Shown: one piece after another, positions 5,865 to 10,750 of the stretch
Numbering within the stretch: position 1 is the first letter of the stretch
Layout of the letters: every line of letters starts with the position of its first letter
Position numbers and translations under genes: made by a program
Source: an uncultured archaeon
GTDB lineage: Archaea; Iainarchaeota; Iainarchaeia; Iainarchaeales; CSSED10-239
DNA length: 10,750 bases
Assembly (NCBI GenBank): GCA_964468895.1
Contig: CAYXWT010000026.1
Location: 1 to 10,750 of the forward strand
Direction of reading: 5' to 3'
The notes under the pieces: generated by a model
Database searches by the model: none
What the model saw: only the letters and a program-made list of their open reading frames with translations
Told to the model about the DNA's origin: nothing

Positions 5865-7157
5865 ATGATTGAAAAAAAATATCTGCAAAACCCAAAAGGT
5901 ACAAGAGACTTCTCAGGAATTACTGCTAAAAAAAGACAAAAGTTAATTAGATTTTTTGAAGATTGTTTTGAAAATTTTGGTTTTGAACTTTTAATTACTC
6001 CAAATATTGAATATAAAGAATTAGTAGATTCTAAAAGTAGTGATACTTATGGAGAGGAATTAAAATTAGTTTATTCTTTTCAAGATATGGGTGGTAGAAA
6101 TCTAGTTTTAAAATATGATCAAACTGTACCATTAGCAAGATTTGTTGCTTCAAACCCTGCTTTAGCTATGCCTTATAAAAGATATGTGATTGGAAGAGCT
6201 TATAGATTTGAAAATGTTCAAAAAGGAAGATATAGAGAGTTTTGGCAATGTGATTTAGATATAGTTGGTTCTAACAATACAAAGTCAGATTCATTTATTA
6301 TTAGTGCAGTAATTTATATTTATAAAAAATTAGGTTTTAAAAATGCAAAAATGATTTATAATAATAGAAAAATTGTATTAGAAATATTAGCTAAATTTAA
6401 TATTAATAAAGAAGATAGTACTAAAGTTATTAGAGCTTTAGATAAAATGGATAAAAAAGGAATAGATTTTGTAACTTCACTTATCGTTCCAATTGTAGGA
6501 CAAGATAACTCTAAAAAAATATTAGAGATATTTAATAATAATTTAAATAATTCTGATAAATTAGAGTTTATTAAAGAATATATTTCTACTGAAACTTATT
6601 TAGAAACAAAATCTATATTTGAAGATTTTGTTATTTTAGGTATAGAAAAAGATGTTGAATTTAATTTATTTTTAACAAGAGGTTTAGATTACTATACCTC
6701 AAGTGTTTTTGAAATAATTGATCCTGATTCTGGTATGGGTTCATTAGGTGGTGGTGGTAGATATGATAATATGATAGAACAATTCTGTGGTCGTAGAGTT
6801 CCTGCTGTAGGTTTTGCATTTGGTTTTGAAAGAATATATGATCTTTTAGAAGAAAGAAATTTATTAGATGTTCCTAATAATAGTAATAATATATTTATTG
6901 TTTCTCCTAATAAAAGTTCTAAAAAAACACTTGAATTAAATAAAATTTTACTAGATAATTTATTGTATAGTTCATATGATTTTGCTAGTAGAAATTTAAG
7001 TAAACAAATACAATATGCTTTTAAAAATAATTTTAAATATATTTTAATTTGTGATCTTGACGAACTTGAAGATAATCAATATAAATTTAAAGATCTTGAT
7101 AAAAATGTTGAAACAGTAATGAGTTTAGAAGAAATCATAAAAACTTTAAAAAATTAA
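5865..7157 (+). CDS. hisS: Histidine--tRNA ligase (class II HisRS)
   Basis: 430 aa.
- N-terminal PKGTRDF.
- Motif 2 region YRFENVQKGRYREFWQCDLDIVG.
- LTRGLDYYT.
- Motif 3 region GGGGRYDNMI...VPAVGFAFGFERI.
- C-terminal anticodon-binding-type domain.
SD present; TAA stop. Confidence 0.95.
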   Translation: MIEKKYLQNPKGTRDFSGITAKKRQKLIRFFEDCFENFGFELLITPNIEYKELVDSKSSDTYGEELKLVYSFQDMGGRNLVLKYDQTVPLARFVASNPALAMPYKRYVIGRAYRFENVQKGRYREFWQCDLDIVGSNNTKSDSFIISAVIYIYKKLGFKNAKMIYNNRKIVLEILAKFNINKEDSTKVIRALDKMDKKGIDFVTSLIVPIVGQDNSKKILEIFNNNLNNSDKLEFIKEYISTETYLETKSIFEDFVILGIEKDVEFNLFLTRGLDYYTSSVFEIIDPDSGMGSLGGGGRYDNMIEQFCGRRVPAVGFAFGFERIYDLLEERNLLDVPNNSNNIFIVSPNKSSKKTLELNKILLDNLLYSSYDFASRNLSKQIQYAFKNNFKYILICDLDELEDNQYKFKDLDKNVETVMSLEEIIKTLKN

Positions 7158-7181
7158 ATTTTAAAAATTATGTGAGATGAT

Positions 7182-8960
7182 ATGGATACAATAAAACTAA
7201 AAAAAATGTTTTTAGATTTTTTTAAAGAAAAAAACCATCATATTATTGGTTTTTCTCCACTTATACCTGAAAATGACCCTACAGTTTTATTTACTACTGC
7301 TGGTATGCACCCATTAGTGCCATTTTTGGTAGGTCAACAACATCCATTAGGAAGAAGACTTGCAAGTAATCAAATATGTATTCGAACTACTGATATTGAT
7401 GAAGTTGGAGATAAATCTCACTTTACTTTTTTTGAAATGCTTGGAAATTGGTCATTAGGAAATTATTTTAAAAAAGAAGCAATAGAATATTCTTTTGAAT
7501 TTTTAACTTCAGAAAAATACTTGAATTTAAATAAAAACAAGCTTGCTTTTACTTGTTTTAATGGAGAAGTTGAAAATAATATTTCTAAAGATATTGATGC
7601 TTTTAATCATTGGTGTGAATTAGGAGTTAATAAAAAAAGAGTTGCTTATTTAGAACGAAAAGATAATTGGTGGGGACCAGCAGGAAATAGTGGACCTTGC
7701 GGGCCTGATTCAGAAATATTTTATTGGTCTTCTAGTGAAGTTTCTGCTCCAGAAGTTTTCGATCCTAGTGATAGTAGATGGGTTGAAATCTGGAATTTAG
7801 TTTTTATGCAATATTATAAAAATAAAGATGGAACTTATAGTCAGTTAGATCAAAAGAATATTGATACTGGTTTAGGAGTTGAACGAGTTTGTGCAATATT
7901 AAATGGTGAAGATGATGTTTTTTTTACTGGTAAAGTTCATGAAATTTTAAAATATTTAGAAGAAACAATTTCTATTCCTATTACTGATATTAATTTAAAA
8001 TCATTTAAAATAATTGTAGATCATCTAAGAGCATCTGTATTTATACTTGCAGACAATAGATGTACTGGGCCATCAAATGTTGATCAAGGTTATGTTCTTA
8101 GAAGATTTATTAGAAGATCAATTAGACATGCAAATCTTTTAGGTTTTAAAAATTCTTTTATTAAAGTAATTGCAGAAAAAATAATTGAACTTTATAGTAA
8201 TGAATATTCTCAGGTTTTTGAAAGAGCAGAATTTATTTTAGAAAATTTAGATAAAGAAGAAAATAAATTTAGTAAAACTTTAGAAAATGGTTTAAAAGAA
8301 TTTAATAAAATTATTTCTAAAAAAAGAAATATTACTTCTAAAGAAGCATTTTTACTTTATCAAAGTTATGGTTTTCCTATTGAAGTTATTGAAGAATTAG
8401 CTAGTGAACAAAGTATTGTTGTAGATGTAGATGGTTTTTATAATGAATATACTCAACATCAAAAATTATCTAGAATTGGTGCTGAAAAAAAGTTTGCTGG
8501 TGGTTTAAGTGAAGATAATTTGAATACTAGAAAATTACATACTGCTACACATATTCTTAATGAAGTTTTAAGAAAAAATATTTCTCAAGATATTAAACAA
8601 AAAGGAAGTAACATAAATTCAGAAAGATTAAGATTTGATTTTAACTTTTCTAGAAAATTAACTTTAGATGAATTACAATTAATAGAAAATAAAGTTAATG
8701 AAGTGATATTTAAAGACTTTAAAGTTACTAAAGAAAAAATGAAATTAGAAGATGCTATTAAATCTGGTGCACAATCTGAGTTTGGAACTAAGTATCCTTC
8801 AGAAGTTTGGGTTTATAGTATTGGTGATTTTTCTAAAGAAATTTGTATGGGTCCTCATGTTCAACATACTAGTGAACTTGGAAGATTTAAAATTAAAAAA
8901 GAGCAATCTGTTGCTAGTGGGGTCAGAAGAATAAAAGCTGTTTTAGAAAATAGTTTTTAA
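7182..8960 (+). CDS. alaS: Alanine--tRNA ligase, compact form (catalytic, tRNA-recognition and editing-core regions only)
   Basis: 592 aa.
- Bacterial/eukaryal-type motifs: LFTTAGMHP, SHFTFFEMLGNWSLGNYFK, WWGPAGNSGPCGPDSEIFY, VEIWNLVFMQY, DTGLGVERV, PSNVDQGYVLRRFIRR, YQSYGFPIE.
- Editing-site zinc motifs: HTATH (HxxxH) and CMGPH (CxxxH).
- The protein ends about 30 aa after the CxxxH motif.
Starts 24 nt after the hisS stop. Confidence 0.93.
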   Translation: MDTIKLKKMFLDFFKEKNHHIIGFSPLIPENDPTVLFTTAGMHPLVPFLVGQQHPLGRRLASNQICIRTTDIDEVGDKSHFTFFEMLGNWSLGNYFKKEAIEYSFEFLTSEKYLNLNKNKLAFTCFNGEVENNISKDIDAFNHWCELGVNKKRVAYLERKDNWWGPAGNSGPCGPDSEIFYWSSSEVSAPEVFDPSDSRWVEIWNLVFMQYYKNKDGTYSQLDQKNIDTGLGVERVCAILNGEDDVFFTGKVHEILKYLEETISIPITDINLKSFKIIVDHLRASVFILADNRCTGPSNVDQGYVLRRFIRRSIRHANLLGFKNSFIKVIAEKIIELYSNEYSQVFERAEFILENLDKEENKFSKTLENGLKEFNKIISKKRNITSKEAFLLYQSYGFPIEVIEELASEQSIVVDVDGFYNEYTQHQKLSRIGAEKKFAGGLSEDNLNTRKLHTATHILNEVLRKNISQDIKQKGSNINSERLRFDFNFSRKLTLDELQLIENKVNEVIFKDFKVTKEKMKLEDAIKSGAQSEFGTKYPSEVWVYSIGDFSKEICMGPHVQHTSELGRFKIKKEQSVASGVRRIKAVLENSF

Positions 8961-8974
8961 CCCTTATTAATTAA

Positions 8975-10036
8975 ATGTTTATGAAATATAATTTAATTTT
9001 ATTAATATTGTTTATTATAATAGTTTTATTATTTCTAACGCCTATTTCTAATAAAGATAATTATATTTCTAGTTCTTCTAAAACTTATAGTTTTGATAGC
9101 ATTTTAGATTATAATGTTTATTTTATTTTAGAAAATGATTTAAATTCAATTTATGATCAAGAAATTCAGGATTTAATAATTAATTCTAAAAATAATATTT
9201 ATTGTTCAATATATAATATAACCTTAGAATCTATTAGTTCTGAATTAATTAAAAAAAAGCAAGAAGGTTTAGATATAAAAATAATTACAGATTTAAAACA
9301 AAGTTCTAATAGAAATTCAGTAATAGGAGTTTTAAAATCAAATGATATTTTAGTTTATACTAATTTAGATCCAAACAAAACTATGCATAATAAGTTTTGT
9401 GTATTTGATAATAACAAGGTTTTGTTTGGTTCTGCTAATTTCACATATAATTCTTTATATAAAAATAATAATAATTTTTTAGTAATAAATAATAAAGAAG
9501 TAAATGAAATATTTACTAATCAGTTTAATTTGTTTTTAAATAATAGTTATGCTACAAATATTAATTATTCTAAAAGATCTTTATATGAATTTTATTTTTG
9601 TAATTCTAAAACAAGTGTGTGTAAGAATAAAATAATTGATTTATTTAAAAATTCAAATAAGTCTGTTAAATGTATGTCATATTCTTTGACAAATAATGAT
9701 GTCTATTTGGAGATCAAAGAATTATTAGATATAAATAAAGATTTTGAATTAAAATTTATTACGGAAAAAAGACAAAATTCCAAATATTCGCTATATTCAA
9801 AAATATGTAACTTAAGTAAAAATGAAAATAAAAATTTCATAATTTTTGATAGAAATCCAAATTCTATGCATAACAAATTTTGTGTATTTGATAATAATGT
9901 TTTACTTACAGGTTCTGCGAATATTACAAATAATGGTTTAACTAATAATTATGAAAGCATATTAATTACAAAAGATCAAAATCTAATTGAATATTATGAT
10001 TTGTATTTTGAAAAATATTTTAATATGTGGAAATAA
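8975..10036 (+). CDS. Membrane-anchored phospholipase D superfamily protein with two HKD motifs (Nuc-like nuclease or phospholipase/transphosphatidylase)
   Basis: 353 aa. N-terminal hydrophobic anchor or signal YNLILLILFIIIVLLFLTPI. Two copies of HxK(x)4D(x)6GSxN: HNKFCVFDNNKVLFGSANF and HNKFCVFDNNVLLTGSANI. Starts 14 nt after the alaS stop. Confidence 0.85.
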   Translation: MFMKYNLILLILFIIIVLLFLTPISNKDNYISSSSKTYSFDSILDYNVYFILENDLNSIYDQEIQDLIINSKNNIYCSIYNITLESISSELIKKKQEGLDIKIITDLKQSSNRNSVIGVLKSNDILVYTNLDPNKTMHNKFCVFDNNKVLFGSANFTYNSLYKNNNNFLVINNKEVNEIFTNQFNLFLNNSYATNINYSKRSLYEFYFCNSKTSVCKNKIIDLFKNSNKSVKCMSYSLTNNDVYLEIKELLDINKDFELKFITEKRQNSKYSLYSKICNLSKNENKNFIIFDRNPNSMHNKFCVFDNNVLLTGSANITNNGLTNNYESILITKDQNLIEYYDLYFEKYFNMWK

Positions 10037-10097
10037 AAAAATAGTTTTATTTATAAATATTATTGTAGTTATAATATATATTTATACCTTATTTTGT

Positions 10098-10171
10098 GGG
10101 GCTATGGTGTAGCCTGGTTAGCATATGAGCTTTGGGAGCTTACGACCCCCGTTCAAATCGGGGTAGTCCCA
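10098..10171 (+). tRNA. tRNA-Pro, anticodon TGG
   Basis: Hand-folded cloverleaf, 74 nt.
- Acceptor GGGGCTA/TAGTCCC, with a G4:U69 wobble.
- D stem GTGT/GCAT.
- Anticodon stem TGAGC/GCTTA; loop TTTGGGA (TGG, G37).
- T arm CCCCG-TTCAAAT-CGGGG.
- Discriminator A; no encoded CCA. Confidence 0.9.
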
Positions 10172-10193
10172 CTTTAGTTTGTTAAATGATATT

Positions 10194-10750
10194 ATGTCTC
10201 CAATAAAAAAACCTTTTAAAAAACCAAAAGGTAAAGATTATCAAATTGTTTTAGATTTTGCTAAAGATCCTAAGAATTTTAAAACTATTTCTCAAAGTGA
10301 ATCTAGAAAATTAAGTTCTAAAAGTATACCTTCTGAAATTAGGTTTTTAGAAAAAATGGGTGATCCTAAAAGAAGAGAAGCTTTTAAGAAAAAAAGATTA
10401 GAAATTCAATCTAAAATTAAAGCTAGAAATGAAGTTATAGATGAATTTAAAGATTTTGTATCTCATTTTAAAGACAAGCATAAGATAGATTTAGTAAAAG
10501 AAACTAGTAAAAATGCAGTTTTCTTTTTATTTGTAAATTTTAGAAAGTACAAAAAAGCATCTAATATAAATTCTTTAAAAGTTGCTAAAGAAATTTTAAA
10601 AATCACAAAAAGTTCTAGTTTTTTAAATTATCTTAAATTACAAAAAGAAACTCTTTTAGAATATAGAAAGTCTTCTAGTAAATTTGGCAAAGATATTGAA
10701 TTAAATAATTGTGTTCTTTTTCTAAATAATTTGTTAAATGAAATGACATC
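10194..10750 (+). CDS. Lys-rich basic hypothetical protein, 3'-truncated by the window edge
   Basis: The ATG at 10194 opens a frame with no stop to the end of the window (185 codons): MSPIKKPFKKPKGKDYQIVLDFAKDPKNFKTISQSE...NNLLNEMT. Presumably absent from the ORF track because it has no stop within the window. Co-oriented with all other genes and starts 22 nt after tRNA-Pro. No motif recognised. Confidence 0.55.
   Translation, partial: MSPIKKPFKKPKGKDYQIVLDFAKDPKNFKTISQSESRKLSSKSIPSEIRFLEKMGDPKRREAFKKKRLEIQSKIKARNEVIDEFKDFVSHFKDKHKIDLVKETSKNAVFFLFVNFRKYKKASNINSLKVAKEILKITKSSSFLNYLKLQKETLLEYRKSSSKFGKDIELNNCVLFLNNLLNEMT

Noticed and set aside
8752-8934. 60-aa + strand ORF from the ORF track
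   Set aside because: It is nested in an alternative frame inside the conserved editing-core region of alaS, has no SD, and its product is hydrophobic junk. It is a frame artefact.
9395-9897. Exact 20-nt direct repeat TTTTGTGTATTTGATAATAA (9395-9414 and 9878-9897)
   Set aside because: Both copies are in frame and encode the FCVFDNN part of the two HKD motifs of one protein. The internal domain duplication explains the repeat, so it is not a mobile-element or att repeat.
1-10750. Alternative genetic code (TGA as Trp or Gly), considered because no called gene ends in TGA
   Set aside because: All conserved proteins (HU, HisRS, AlaRS, PLD-like) translate full length with the standard code and have no in-frame TGA. 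Trp is encoded by TGG. In a genome this AT-rich, dominance of TAA stops is expected. Eight stops are too few to argue for recoding.
1-10750. Origin from a giant virus or huge phage (AT-rich, tRNAs plus aaRS genes, giant Asn-rich protein, single-strand gene orientation)
   Set aside because: Not favoured, but not excluded. The tRNAs are dispersed singly between genes and not clustered. I saw no capsid, terminase, portal or polymerase-like genes. The content (HU, hisS, alaS, membrane proteins) looks cellular. It needs whole-contig context to settle.

Overview
Very AT-rich (roughly three quarters A+T by eye), gene-dense window in which every credible feature lies on the + strand. In order:

- **3..3599:** the 3' part of a giant, very acidic, Asn/Asp/Ser-rich ORF. 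It runs off the 5' edge of the window and has no domain I recognise.
- **3674..4847:** three small polytopic membrane-protein genes, with tRNA-Arg(GCG) inserted between the second and third.
- **5038..5307:** an HU-family DNA-binding protein.
- **5428..5704:** a short tandem AbrB/MraZ-like gene that appears split by a frame change.
- **5706..10036:** tRNA-His(GTG), then a tight hisS-alaS-(double-HKD phospholipase D family) cluster.
- **10098..10750:** tRNA-Pro(UGG) and the start of a Lys-rich ORF that runs off the 3' edge.

Standard genetic code: TGG encodes Trp, there is no in-frame TGA, and stops are TAA or TAG. I saw no CRISPR array, transposase, rRNA or GC-rich structured RNA other than the three tRNAs.

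The picture fits a reduced-genome, AT-rich prokaryote of the CPR/Patescibacteria or DPANN type. The domain-of-life signals are mixed:

- Bacterial-type: HU and AlaRS.
- Archaeal or archaeal/eukaryal-like: the tRNA-Arg(GCG) anticodon and the HisRS.

The most system-like candidate is the giant orphan surface-type protein with its trailing trio of tiny membrane proteins. This is inference from composition and gene order only, not from homology.
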